DNA of 64,000 bases from contig CM059432.1 in assembly GCA_030390025.1 (NCBI GenBank), forward strand, positions 1,612,001 through 1,676,000. The letters run 5' to 3'. The notes beneath the pieces were generated by a model that did no database searches, was not told the origin of the DNA, and saw only the letters and a list, made by a program, of their open reading frames with translations. Positions 36,727 to 49,349 of this stretch are shown in pieces. A program made the translations under genes and the position numbers. The DNA is from Squalus acanthias (lineage: Eukaryota). Every line of letters begins with the position of its first letter. The first letter of the stretch is position 1.

Positions 36727-36990
36727 ATGTTGAGGCTGCCGCGAAACACGAATGGAGGTTGAATCCATATGTGGAAAACAAGAAAACTTTAATTCACTGC
36801 ATGGCACACAAAATGGCTGAGAGAGCTGCTCCCAGAATTCCCTGGAAAAACTCCCAGAATTCTCTGGGTAAAACCTGAGGCCCCGCCCCCTTCTGCCTTA
36901 AAGGTAATGTGCCTTAAAGGGGAAGGTGCTGGAAATTTGTCCACAGACAGAAGAGTGGATTATGCCCGTTTTAGGTGGCGATCCGCCACA

Positions 36991-37556
36991 GGGGAACAGA
37001 TAGGGTAGATAGAGAGAAACTATTTCCGCTGGTTGGGGATTCTAGGACTAGGGGAGCATAGTCTAAAAATTAGAGCCAGATCTTTCAGGAGTGAAATTAG
37101 GAAACACTTCGACACACAAAGGGTGGGAGAAGTTTGAAACTCTCTTCCGCAAACAGTGATTGGTGCTAGATCAATTGTTAATTTTAATTCTGAGATGGTT
37201 TGATCTTTGTTAACCAAAGGTATTAAGGGATGTGGGCCAAAGGTGGGTATGTGGAGTTTGGTCACAGATCAGCCATGACCTCATTCGTAGAATCATAGAA
37301 ATTTATGGCACAGAAGGAGGCCATTCAGCCCATCATATCTGTGCTGGCTGAAAAAGAGCTCTCCAGCCTAATCCCACTTTCCAGCTCTTGGTCCGTGGCC
37401 CTGTAGGCTACGGCACTTCAAGGGCATTTCCAAGTCCTTCTTAAATGTGATGAGGGTTTTTGCCTCTACCACCCGTTCAGGCAGTGAGTTCCAGACTCCC
37501 ATTCATTGAATAGCGCAACAGGCTCGAGGGGCTAAATAGCCTCCTCCTGTTCCTAC
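36991..37556 (+). mobile_element. CR1 3' fragment hosting the Gypsy element, with a nested minus-strand CR1 tail (37288-37500)
   Basis: Host reads …gatattaagggg|aacagatagggtag… across the Gypsy insertion. Confidence 0.75.
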
Positions 37557-38118
37557 GAAAGAAAGAAAGAAAGACTTGCATTTCTTTCGCGCCTTTCACA
37601 ACCACCGGACGTCCCAAAGCGCTTTACAGCTAAATAAGTACTTTTTGAAGTGTGGTCACTGTTGTAATGTAGGAAACGTGGCAGCTAATTTGCGCACAGC
37701 AAGCTCTCGCAAACAGCAATGTGATAATGACCAGATAATCTGTTTTTAGTGATGTTGATTGAGGGATAAATATTGGCCCAGGACTCCGGGGATAACACCC
37801 TGACATAAGAAAACTACTAGGCACTTGGTCTAAGCGTTAAACAAAGCTTTAATCAACTGTTTTACAACATGGAGATCTAGTTGTGGCCTTCACTAGTTCC
37901 TGTTAAAGAATGTCCTGAGCAAGCTGGGTCCATGCCCGAGTATTTATACTCTCCCTGGACAGCGCCACCAGCAGGCCGCCCAGTATAATGTCATAAGTCA
38001 TTTCCCATGAATGACAAGATTCATGTCACTCCCCCTGCCCTTCTTCGAAATAGTGCCCTGGAATCTTTGATGTCCACCTGAGGGGGCAGACGGGGCCTCG
38101 GTTTAACATCTCATCCAC
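37557..38118 (-). mobile_element. Deu-domain SINE fragment interrupted by a solo LTR
   Basis: Reverse complement of the SINE body and tail, rejoining across 37801-38028. Confidence 0.75.
37801..38028 (-). mobile_element. Solo LTR (228 bp)
   Basis: TGACAT…ATGTCA termini and a 5-bp TSD CACCC/CTCCC. TATAAATA then ATTAAA occur in promoter-to-polyA order on the minus strand. Confidence 0.7.
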
Positions 38119-38617
38119 TGAAAATGATTTGGTCGGATGGTAATTTGATTGACGCATCTTACTCCTGTGAGGAATGTGTGAAGACTAATGCGTTACAATG
38201 ACACTAGAAACTAATGTTTATAGCATGAAAGTTCCACTCACTGCTTCTAGATTTACCGGGGCATCTTGTGACACTCTGCCATTGAAACAACTTGCGCCTA
38301 CTCCTATTAGAAAGAATGCTCTGGAGTGGCCTGGTGAACCAAATATCAAAGGACAGAAGACTCGAACTTGGAACCTGGCTCAAATCTACTAAACTTGGTT
38401 GTCCTCAATGCCGAGTTTCATTGGTTTTGGCCAGGTTACTGTGGTAGAGCTTATCGCTGCACAGGTAAACTGGTGGGAGGAAAAACGTCAGCACTTCTGA
38501 GTCTGCCTCCTGTCTATCGACAGCCCTGATTGCCCTGCGATCCAAATGAAAGAAGAAGGGATAACTGCACTTACACACACAAGCACATTTACACACGCAC
38601 ACTTACCTCAGACACTT

Positions 38618-38830
38618 ACATAAGAACATAAGAAATAGGAGCAGGAGTCGGCCATACGGCCCTTCGAGCCTGCTCCGCCATTCAGTAAGATCATGGCTGA
38701 TCTTTTACCTCACCTCCCCTTTCCTGCCCGATCCCCATATCCCTTGATTCCCCAATGCCCAAAAATCTATTGGTCTCAGTTTTGAATATACTCAACGACT
38801 GAGAATCCACAGCCCTTTGGGGTAAAGAAT
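38618..38830 (-). mobile_element. CR1 3' end
   Basis: (CATAAGAA)n tail and CR1 3' UTR. Confidence 0.8.
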
Positions 38831-38873
38831 CTGATGACGCATTAGCATATGATTACCCACACACGCTTGATTC

Positions 38874-41800
38874 TTACACACGCACACTCACACTTACACG
38901 CACACACTCACACTTACACGTGTACACTCACACGCACACGCTCACACCCCCATTTACACATGCACACTCACACTTACATGCACACACTTACACGCACACA
39001 CTCACACTTACATGCGCACACTCACACTTACATGCACACACTCACACTTACACGCGCACACTCACACTCACACGCACACACTTACACGCGCACACTCACA
39101 CTTACACGCACACACTCACACTTACACGCGCACACTCACACTTACACGCACACACTCACACTTACACGCACACACTTACACGCACACACTCACACGCACA
39201 CTCACACTTACACACCCACACTCACACCCACACACACACTCACACACTCACACACACGCTTACACGCGCACACTCACACTTACACGTGTACACTCACACG
39301 CACACGCTCACACCCCCACTTACACACACACTCACACTTACATGCACACACTTACACGCACACACTCACACTTACACGCGCACACTCACACTTACATGCA
39401 CACACTCACACTTACACGCGCACACTCACACTCACACACACACACTTACACGCGCACACTCACACTTACACGCACACACTCACACTTATATGCACACACT
39501 CACACTTACACGCGCACACTCACACTTACATGCACACACACACACTTACACGCACACACTCACACTTACACGCACACACTTACACGCACACACTCACACG
39601 CACACTCACACTTACACACCCACACTCACACACTCACACCCACACACACACTCACACACTCACACACACGCTTACACGCGCACACTCACACTTACACGTG
39701 TACACTCACACGCACACGCTCACACCCCCACTTACACACGCACACTCACACTTACATGCACACACTCACACTTACATGCACACACTCACACTTACACACA
39801 CACACTTACACGCGCACACTCACACTTACACGCACACACTCACACTTATATGCACACACTCACACTTACACGCGCACACTCACACTTACATGCACACACA
39901 CACACTTACACGCACACACTCACACTTACACGCACACACTTACACGCACACACTCACACGCACACTCACACTTACACACCCACACTCACACGCACACACT
40001 CGCACCCACACACACACACACACTCACTTACACGCGCACACTTACACGCACACACTCACCCTCACACGCACACACTTACGCACACACTCTTACATGCACA
40101 CACTCACACTTACTCACACTTACACACACACACTCACACTTACATGCACACACTCACACTTACATGCACACACTTACACGCACACACTCACACTTACATG
40201 CACACACTTACACGCACATACTCACACTTACATGCACACACTTACATGCACACACTTACAAGCACACACTTACGCTTACAAGCACACACTTACAGGCACA
40301 CACTCACACTTACAAGCACACACTTACACGCACACACGTACACTTAGACGCTCACACTTACACGTGGGCACTCACATTTACATGCGTGCGCTCACACTTA
40401 CACGCACACACTCACACTTACATGCACACACTCACACTTACATGCACACACTTACATGCACACACTCACACTTACATGCACACACTTACACACACACACT
40501 TACATGCACACACTCACACTTACATGCACACACTTACACGCACACACTCACACTTACATGCACACACTTACATGCACATACTTACATGCACACACTCGCA
40601 CTTACACGCACACACTTACACACACACTCACACGCGCGCACTCACACTTACACGCACACTCTCACACTTACACGCACGCACTTACACGCACACACTCACA
40701 CTTACACGCGCACACTCACACTTACACACACACACTCACGCTCACACGCACACACTTACACGCGCGCACTCACACTTACATGCACACACTTACACACACA
40801 CACTTACACGCACACACTCACACTTACATGCACACACTCACACTTACATGCACACACTTACACGCACACACTCACACTTACATGCACACACTTACACGCA
40901 CATACTTACACGCACACACTCACACTTACACGCGCACACTCACACTTACACACACACACTCACGCTCACACGCACACACTTACACGCACACACTCACACT
41001 TACATGCACACACTCACACTTACATGCACACACTTACACGCACACACTCACACTTACATGCACACACTTACACGCACATACTTACATGCACACACTCACA
41101 CTTACACGCACACACTTACACACACACTCACGCGCGCACTCACACTTACACGCACACTCTCACACTTACACGCACGCACTTACACGCACACACTCACACT
41201 TACACGTGCACACTCACACTTACACACACACACTCACGCTCACACGCACACACTTACACGCGCGCACTCACACTTACACTTACACGCACACACTTACACA
41301 CGCACACGTACACTTACTTGCTCACACTTACACGCGGGCACTCACATTTACATGCGTGAGCTCACACTTACACGCACACACTCACACTTACATGCACACA
41401 CTTACATGCACACACTCACACTTACATGCACACACTTACATGCACACACTCACACTTACACGCACACACTCACACTTACATGCACACACTTACATGCACA
41501 CACTCACACTTACATGCACACACTTACACGCACACACTCACACTTACATGCACACACTCACACTTACATGCATGCACTCACACTTACATGCACACACTCA
41601 CACTTACATGCACACACTTACATGCACACACTCACACTTACACGCGCACACTCACACTTACACGCACACACTTACACACACACTCACGTGCGCACTCACA
41701 CTTACACGCGCACTCTCACACTTACACGCTCACACTTACTCGCACACACTCACGCTTACTCGCGCACACTCACACTTACATGCGCACACTCACACTTATA

Positions 41801-41902
41801 TGCGCACGTGCTCATTACACACACACACTTGCACACACTTACACATGCACACTTACACATGCAGACTTGCACACACACTTGCACGCGCACTCACTCACAC
41901 AC
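38874..41902. repeat. About 3-kb compound CA-rich simple repeat (CACACTTACA / YGCACACACT modules)
   Basis: Directly visible low-complexity tandem array. Confidence 0.97.
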
Positions 41903-42864
41903 GATTGCCTTGCTGGTCTGCAGCCTTGGATTTACTGTTAAATTAATCTTTGTTTCTATTCATCATGAACTTTGATGAAATATGGCAAAATTTGCATAAT
42001 CAATTCATAGACTATGATAAATCATATTTAGAAATCATCTATTAAACTTAGATGAGGTAAAATTCTTTAAAATCCAATTATCTACAAATATGCAAAAAAC
42101 AGAAATATAAATTAAATGTGAATTATTGAATATCAAAACGCGTGGCATTTGAAAGTCTCATTCATAGCCTTATGCAAGATCTTAAAATTAAATTAATGAA
42201 TCATTGTTTCGCTCTTTCATTTCATTTTGTATGACTCCAGTTTCTTTCTATTTGATTTTCAATTTCTATCTTTTAAAAAAAAAACCCGAGAGAAACTATG
42301 AGTGACTATTCCCTGCATTCCCCAACTGGCTTTCATTTATTTTTGATATTTAAATTGTGCACAGACTTTCACCTTGGGGACCCAGACTTAAAGCAAGAGC
42401 AGGCGGATTTAATGAAGGCCTGCTCCCTGTGACATCTCTTAAAGGCACTGAGTGAAATCGGTTTCCACAAACTCATTCCGATTCCCGGTGGGCCCAAGCC
42501 GACAGTGCAAAAAAAAAACAGTCCTTGGGTTGATGCTAATTCCGCACTGATTTGGCAATCTCTCTCAGACGAGGCACAGGGATAGACAGTGTCAGAAATA
42601 GAACAATCACACTAGTGCCGCAGCGAGGGCTCTCTGGAGAACATAGTTTCGGTATGTTGTCTGGTTAGTACAGATACAGCAATTCATTATTTGTGTCTAA
42701 GTAGTGCCGCCACTGTCCTACAAATGCTTCAAGTATGTACAAAGCGGAGAAACTGTGCCACTCTTGAGTCTCGTCTCCTCTCTTTGATAAAAAGTATTGT
42801 ATACATTAGCGAGGTGGAAATCCTTGGCCGTTCTGGCAGAATGGCATCCTAACTTCAGCAGAGG

Positions 42865-44140
42865 TTAGGAACATGGGAACAGGAGGCCATTCAGGCCCTC
42901 GAGCCTGTTCCGCCATTCAATTAGATCATGGCTGATCGCTACCTTAGCTCCGTCTACCCGCCTTGGTTCCGTAACCCTTAATACCCTTACCCAACAAAAG
43001 TCGATCAATCTCAGTTTTGAAACTGATCGCCCATGATTATTGCAGTACCTTTCTTACAAGCCCCCATTATTTCTTGATTTATACCCTGTCCTATAGTGTC
43101 GCTACTGTTAGGGGGCCTATAGACTACACCCACCAGTGACTTCTTTCCCTTACTATTTCTTACCTCCACCCAAATTGATTCTACATCTGGAACTTCCGAG
43201 CCAAGATCATTTCTCACTATTGTACTGATCTCACCCTTTATTAACAGAGCTACCCCATCTCCTTTTTCTTTCTGTCTATCCTTCCGAAATGTCAAATACC
43301 CCTGAATATTCAGTTCCCAGCCTTGGTCACATTGCAACCACGTCTCTGTGATGGCTATGAGATCATATCCAATTATTTCTATTTGTGCCGTCAATTCATC
43401 TATCTTGTTACGAATGCTGCGTGCGTTCAGATAAAGAGCTTTTAATTTTGTCTTTTTTATCATTTTTCCCTACTCTGACCTTATTTGCTGGTGCACTCTT
43501 ATGTTTGTCCCTTCCTGTCACACTCTGGCTTTCATTGCCCATATCGCTACCCTGCACTATTGCCCTGTCCTTTCTCTTTAACTTTCTAAATTTCCTCTTG
43601 CTTGAACCCTCCCCCCCACTATTTATCATCCACTCGACACTTCTGGCTGAGGATGGTTGCAAACGCTTCAGCCTTGTCTTTTGTACTCACGTGCTGGGCT
43701 TCGCCATCATTGAGGATGGGGACATTCCTGGAGCCTCCACCTCCCGTTAGTTGTTTAATGGTCCACCACCATTCACGACTGGATGTGGCAGGACTGCAGA
43801 GCGCTGATCTGATCCGTTGATTGTGGGATCGCTTAGCTCTGTCTATAGCATGTTGCTTCCGCTTTTTAGCACGCATGTAGTCCTGTGTTGCAGCTTCCCC
43901 AGGTTGGCACCTCATTTTTAGGTACGCCTGGTGCTGCTCCTGCCATGCTCTTCTGCACTCCTCATTGAACCAGGGTTGGTCCCCTGGCTTATTGGTAATG
44001 GTAGAGTGAGGGATATGCCGGGAATGGAATTGACCCCCAGCCTCAGCAGCTCTTTGAGGGAGAGAGTTCCAGATTTCCACTACCCTTTGTGTGAAGAAGT
44101 GCTTCCTGACATCAACCCTGAATGGCCTGGCTCTAATTTC
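42865..44140 (-). mobile_element. Mosaic of LINE fragments: CR1 tail, CR1 endonuclease region (about 43024-43622), Zenon-like piece (about 43623-44025) and a CR1 piece
   Basis: ORF 43011-43463 (LNARSIRNK, ITETWL) and ORF 43619-44209 (KPGDQPWFNEECRRA). Confidence 0.75.
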
Positions 44141-45293
44141 CCGCATGGGAGACTGGTCAAGAAGGTAAGAGCCCATGGGATCCAGGGCAATTTGGCACAC
44201 TGGATCCAAAATTGGCTTAGTGGCAGGAGGCAGAGGGTGATGGTCGAAGGTTGTTTTTGTGACTGGAAGCCTGTGTCCAGTGGTGTACCGCAGGGATCGG
44301 TGCTGGGTCCTTTGCTGTTTGTAGTATACATTAATGATTTAGATATGAATGTAGGAGGTATGATCAGTAAGTTCGCAGATGACACGAAAATTGGTGGAGT
44401 GGTAAATAGCGAGGAGGGAAGCCTCAGGCTACAGGACGATATAGACGGGTTGGTCAGATGGGCAGAACAGTGGCAAATGGAATTTAACCCTGAAAAGTGT
44501 GAGGTGATGCATTTTGGGAGGACTAACAAGGCAAGGGAATGCACAATGAATGGTAGGACCCTAAAAAGGACAGAGGATCAGAAGGACCTTGGTGTGCATG
44601 TACATAGATCCCTGAAGGCAGCAGGACAGGTAGATAAGGTGGTTAAAAAGGCATATGGGATACTTGCCTTCATTAGCCGAGGCATAGAATATAAGAGCAG
44701 GGAGGTTATGATGGAGCTGTACAAAACGCTAGTTAGGCCACAGCTGGAATACTGTGTGCAGTTCTGGTTGCCACACTATAGGAAGGATGTGATTGCATTG
44801 GAGAGGGTGCAGAGGAGATTCACCAGGATGTTACCTGGGCTGGAGTGTTTTAGCTATGAAGAGAGACTGGACAGGCTGGGGTTGTTTTCCTTAGAGCAGA
44901 GAAGGCTGAGGGGGGACCTGATTGAGGTGTACAAAATTATGAGGGGCATAGATAGGGTAGATAGAAATGAACTTTTCCCCTTAGTAGAGGGGTCAATAAC
45001 CAGGGGGCATAGTTTCAAGGTAAGGGGGAAGGAGGTTTAGAGGGGATTTGAGGAAAAACTTTTTCACCCAGAGGGTGGTTGGAATCTGGAACTCACTGCC
45101 TGAAAGGATGGTAGAGGCAGGAACCCTCACAGCATTCAAGAAGCATTTAGATGAGCACTTGAAACGCCATAGCATACAAGGCTACGGACCAAGTGCTGGA
45201 AAATGGGATTAGAATAGACAGGGCTTGATGGCCGGCGCGGACATGATGGGCTGAAGGGCCTCTTTCTGTGCTGTGTAACTCTATGACTCTATA
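44140..45293 (+). mobile_element. 5'-truncated CR1 LINE (RT)
   Basis: [10 protein letters not shown] and KFADD motifs. Tail ctctatgactctat. Confidence 0.9.
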
Positions 45294-45302
45294 ATTTTAG
45301 GG

Positions 45303-45800
45303 TTACGTCCCCTTGTTCTGGACTCCCCCCACCAGAGGAAATAGTTTCTCTCTCTCTACCCTATCAACTCCTTTAATCATCTTAAACACCTCGATTAGAT
45401 CACCCCTTAATCTTCTACACTCGAGGGAATACAAGCCTAGTCTGTGCAACCTGTCCTCGTAATTTAACCCTTTTAGCCCCAGTATCATTCTGGTGAATCT
45501 GCGCTGCACCCCCTCCAAGGCCAATATGTCCTTCCTGAGGTGCGGGGCCCAGAACGGAACGCAGTTACTCCAGATGGGGTCTGACCAGAGCTCTGTACAA
45601 CAGCAGCTTAACTTCCACCCCTTTGTATTCCAGCCCCCTTGAGATAAAGCCCAACATTCCAGTAGCCTTTTTGATTATTTTTTTGTGCCTGTTCACTAGC
45701 TTTTATTGATTTCTGTACTTGGATCCCTAAATCTCTCGGCTCCTCCACAGGTCCCAGCGTCTCGCCATTTTAGAAAATACTCTGATCGATCTTTCTTAGT
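45303..45800 (-). mobile_element. CR1 fragment
   Basis: LEGVQRRFTRMI…LRGDLIEVFK motif. Confidence 0.75.
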
Positions 45801-45926
45801 TATGGCAGAAGAGCCCAAAAGGAAAGGGGCTCGGAATCTGGATAAGACAAGTCCTGGCTGACTCTGGGAGGTATGGTAGCCTCATCCAAATTGAGGAAGA
45901 CTCGCTCTGACCTGGCATACTCTAGT

Positions 45927-46540
45927 AGGTCACGACCCCAGTGTAACTGGCAGGTCACGACCCCAGTGTAACTGGCAGGTCACGACCCCAGTGTAACTGG
46001 GAGGTCACGACCCCAGTGTAACTGGCTGTTCACGACCCCAGTGTAACTGGCTGTTCACGACCCCAGTGTAACTGGGAGGTCATGACCCCAGTGTAACTGG
46101 GAGGTCACGACCCCAGTGTAACTAACAGTTCACGACCCCAGTGTAACTGGTAGTTCACGACCTCAGTGTAACTGGCAGTTCACGACCCCAGTGTAACTGG
46201 CAGTTCACGACTTCAGTGTGACTAGCAGGTCACGACCCCAGTGTAACTGGCAGTTCACAACCTCAGTGTGACTAGCAGGTCACGACCCCAGTGTAACTGG
46301 CAGTTCACGACCCCAGTGTAACTGGCAGTTCACGACTTCAGTGTGACTAGCAGGTCACGACCCCAGTGTAACTGGCAGTTCACGACCCCAGTGTAACTGG
46401 CAGTTCACGACCCCAGTGTAACTGGCAGTTTACGACCCCAGTGTAACTGGCAGTTCACGACCTCAGTGTGACTAGCAGGTCACGACCCCAGTGTAACTGG
46501 CAGTTCATGACCCCAGTGTAATCGGCAGGTCACGACCCCA
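45927..46540. repeat. 25-bp minisatellite (AGKTCACGACCCCAGTGTAACTGGC), about 24 copies
   Basis: Head-to-tail repeats with no spacers. Confidence 0.95.
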
Positions 46541-46669
46541 AGGATTCTCAGGTCCCAAATTTCGGTACGTGTGAGATCTTAAGTGAAATTGATTTACAGA
46601 TGTTCCAGAACTTTCCTGCTCTCCTCTGGGCCACAAGGAAATCTTAAAACAAAATTAGCATATCTTAAA

Positions 46670-47125
46670 GTGTCAGCTGTGGCTCAGTGGGTAGCACTCT
46701 CGCCTCTGAGGCCAAAGGTTGTGGGTTCAAATCCCACTCCAGGGACTTGAGCACAAAAATCCAGGCTGACACTCCCAGTGCAGTGCTGAGGGAGTGCTGC
46801 ACTGTCGGAGGTGCCGTCTTTCAGATGAGATGTTAAACTGAGGCCCCGTCTGCTCTCTCAGGTGGATGTAAAAGATTCCATGGCCACTGTTTCGAAGAAG
46901 AGCAGGGGCGTTCTCCCCGGTGTCCTGGGCAATATTTATCTCTCAACAAATATCGCTAAAGTCAGATACATTGCTGTTTGTGGGAGCTTGCTGTGCGCAA
47001 ATTGTCTGCTGCGTTTCCTACATTACAAAAGTGACTACACTTCAAAAAGTACTTCATTGGCTGTAAAGCGCTGTGGGACATCCTGAGGTCGTGAAAGGCG
47101 CTATAGAAATGCAAGTCTTTCTTTT
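46670..47125 (+). mobile_element. Near full-length Deu-domain tRNA-derived SINE (SacSINE1-like)
   Basis: A box tggctcagtggg, B box gggttcaaatccc, Deu-like core gtgctgcactgtcggaggtgccgtctttc…, and L2-like tail aaaggcgctatagaaatgcaagtcttt. Confidence 0.8.
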
Positions 47126-47960
47126 CAGTATCTGTAGAATATGTACATTTTTTATGAGGTCAATCACTTTGATGGCTGCTGCACCATACCTGAGGCGAGA
47201 GATACTGTGCGATGAATATAACTAATGTAAAATGTTCCTGACTCTAGATTATGAGGAGAGGTCACATAAACTAGGCTTGTATTTCCTGGAATATTGAAGG
47301 TTAAGGGGTGATTTGATTGGGGTTTTTAGGATTTTGCAAGGAATTGATGGGGTAGATGGAGAGAAATTTTTTCCGCTGGTGGGGGGAGTCTAGGACAAGG
47401 GGACAGAACCTTAAAATCAGAGCCAGGTCATTCAGGAGAGAAGTTAGGAAACACTTCTTCACACAAAGGGTGGTAGGAGTGTGGAATTCTCTCCCACAAA
47501 GAGCGTAGATGCTGGGGCTCAATTAATAATTTAAATCGGAGATGGATTGATTTTGCTAGACAAGGGTATTAAAAGGATATGGAGCCAACATAAGATCATA
47601 AGAAACAGGAGCAGGAGTCGGCCAATCGGCCCCTCGAGCCTGCTCCGCCATTCAATAAGATCATGGCTGATCCAATCTTGTCCTCAACACCACTTTCCCG
47701 CTCTCTCCCCAGACCCCTTGACTCCCCTGTAGCTCAAATCTCTGTCTATCTCAGCCTTGAATATATTCAGTGACTCCGCCTCCACAGCTCTCTGAGGTAA
47801 AGAATTCCAAAGATTCACGACCCTCTGAGAGAAGAAATTCCTCATCATCTCCGTCTTAAATGGGCGACCCCTTATCCTGAAACTATGCCCCTAGTTCTAG
47901 ATTCCCCCACTAGGGGAAACATCCTCTCAGCATCTACCCTGTCAATCCCCCTCAGAATCT

Positions 47961-47999
47961 GAGTTCTGACGAAAGGTCATCGACCTGTAACGTTAACTC
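47961..47999 (+). ncRNA. Minimal type I hammerhead ribozyme motif (core variant GTAA in place of GAAA)
   Basis: Stem I GAGTT/AACTC, CUGANGA box, stem II AGGTC/GACCT, and palindromic AACGTT in place of stem III. Confidence 0.6.
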
Positions 48000-48096
48000 T
48001 GTTTCTCTCTCCACAGATGCTGCCTGACCTGCTGAGTATTTCCAGCATTTTCTGTTTTTATTTCAGATTTCCAGCATCCGCAGTATTTTGCTTTTG
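47961..48096 (+). mobile_element. Short Penelope-type pseudo-LTR insert containing a minimal hammerhead ribozyme motif
   Basis: Perfect 15-bp TSD tccccctcagaatct (47946-47960, 48097-48111). Begins GAGTT-CTGACGA-A-AGGTC atc GACCT-GTAA-CG-TT-AACTC. Confidence 0.75.
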
Positions 48097-48728
48097 TCCC
48101 CCTCAGAATCTTATATGTTTCAATAAGATCACCTCTCATTCTTCTAAACTCCAATGAGTATAGGCCCAACCTGCTCAACCTTTCCTCATATGTCAACCCC
48201 TTCATCCCAGGAATCAACCGAGTGAACCTTCTCTGAACTGCCTCCAATGCAAGTATATCCTTCCTTAAAAATGGAGACCACAACTGTACGCAGTACTCCA
48301 GGTGCGGTCTCACCAGCACGGGTGGATGGAGTTAGGATACAGATCAGATCAGGATAATGATCTCATTGAATGGCGGGACAGGCTCGAGGGGCTGACTGGC
48401 CTCCTCCTGCTCCTATGGTCATTCCTATGGTCCTATGAGCCTGGATCCTGTTGTATTCCTTGGATGTTATGAAAAATGCTTCACCTTAACATTTCTGCCG
48501 AGGTGACGCTGCATGGAATTCCTGTATGCTGGCTCCCCCAGGTGGTTTTATAATGTAATATTACTACAGGAAAAAACTTTTGCTAACTGACAATGTCGAT
48601 TTCATTTCTAACTTTTCTATCCAACAGGAAGAAAAAAAAACACCTCAAAATTAAATATATATTTGCATTTACCTTTCTTAGAAGTGTTGGTGGATTTGAT
48701 TTGATTTGATTCGACTGTTGTGCAGATA

Positions 48729-49133
48729 ATCATAGAATCATAGAAATTTACGGCACAGAAGGAGGCCATTCGGCCCATCGTGTCCGTGCCGGCTGAAAAA
48801 GAGTTCTCCAGCCTAATCACACTTTCCAGCTCTTGGTCCGTAGCCCTGCAGGTTACAGCACTTCAAGTGCATATCCAAGTACTTTTTAAATGTGATGAGG
48901 GTTTCTGCCTCTCCCACCCTTTCAGGCAGTGAGTTCCAGACCCCCACCGCCCTCTGGGTGAAAAAAGTTCTCCTCAACTCCCCTCTAATCCTTCAACCAA
49001 TTACTTTAAATCTCTGCCCCCTGGTTATTGACCTCTCTGCTAAGGGAAATAGGTCCTTCCTATCCACTCTATCTCGGTCCCTCATAATTTTATACACCTC
49101 AATTAAATCTCCCCTCAGCCTCCTCTGTTCCAA
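48729..49133 (-). mobile_element. CR1 3' fragment
   Basis: (ATCATAGA)n tail and LRGDLIEVYK motif. Confidence 0.8.
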
Positions 49134-49349
49134 GGTAATGAGGTAGATTAAATCATTAAAGATTAAATTAAAGGATGTTTGCTCCTGTTTCAGATGCTTC
49201 TTTGCAGTTTGGCTTTTTACTTTCTCAGCCTGATTTCTCAGCGAGATTGCTGCTTTGCTGTTTTGCAAGAAAGGAGCTTATTGACGGTCCAGCCTCTCTG
49301 CTAATCATGGCAGGATTCCCAGGGATATTTCATTGTGTGTTTTCTACTG

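Larger units (their letters stand above)
32619..36990 (-). mobile_element. Full-length Ty3/Gypsy LTR retrotransposon
   Basis: 263-bp TG…CA LTRs at 32619-32881 and 36728-36990 (2 differences seen). GGGG TSD, PBS, and PPT (ggggggag on - at 32885-32892). Inserted in a CR1 fragment. Confidence 0.97.
47245..48435. mobile_element. CR1 3' fragment (+) with a nested CR1 (-, 47589-48318) that itself contains a Penelope-type insert
   Basis: ORF 47993-48319 ([13 protein letters not shown]). The host tail resumes at about 48320. Confidence 0.75.

Noticed and set aside
38849..41975. Very long His/Thr-rich ORFs (up to 987 aa)
   Set aside because: Artefact of a CA-rich repeat that lacks stop codons in all three + frames.
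42569..42651. AG…GT-bounded candidate exon in unique sequence
   Set aside because: Its open frame resembles no protein I recognise and no partner exons were found. A non-coding exon cannot be excluded.
45927..46540. CRISPR-like appearance of palindromic 25-bp repeats (also the 33-bp and 19-bp arrays)
   Set aside because: Units are head-to-tail with no unique spacers, there are no cas genes, and the context is vertebrate.
46670..46745. tRNA-like sequences (also near 31268, 52700-52779, 54713, 55414 and 58770)
   Set aside because: They are SINE heads running directly into SINE bodies, not standalone tRNA genes.
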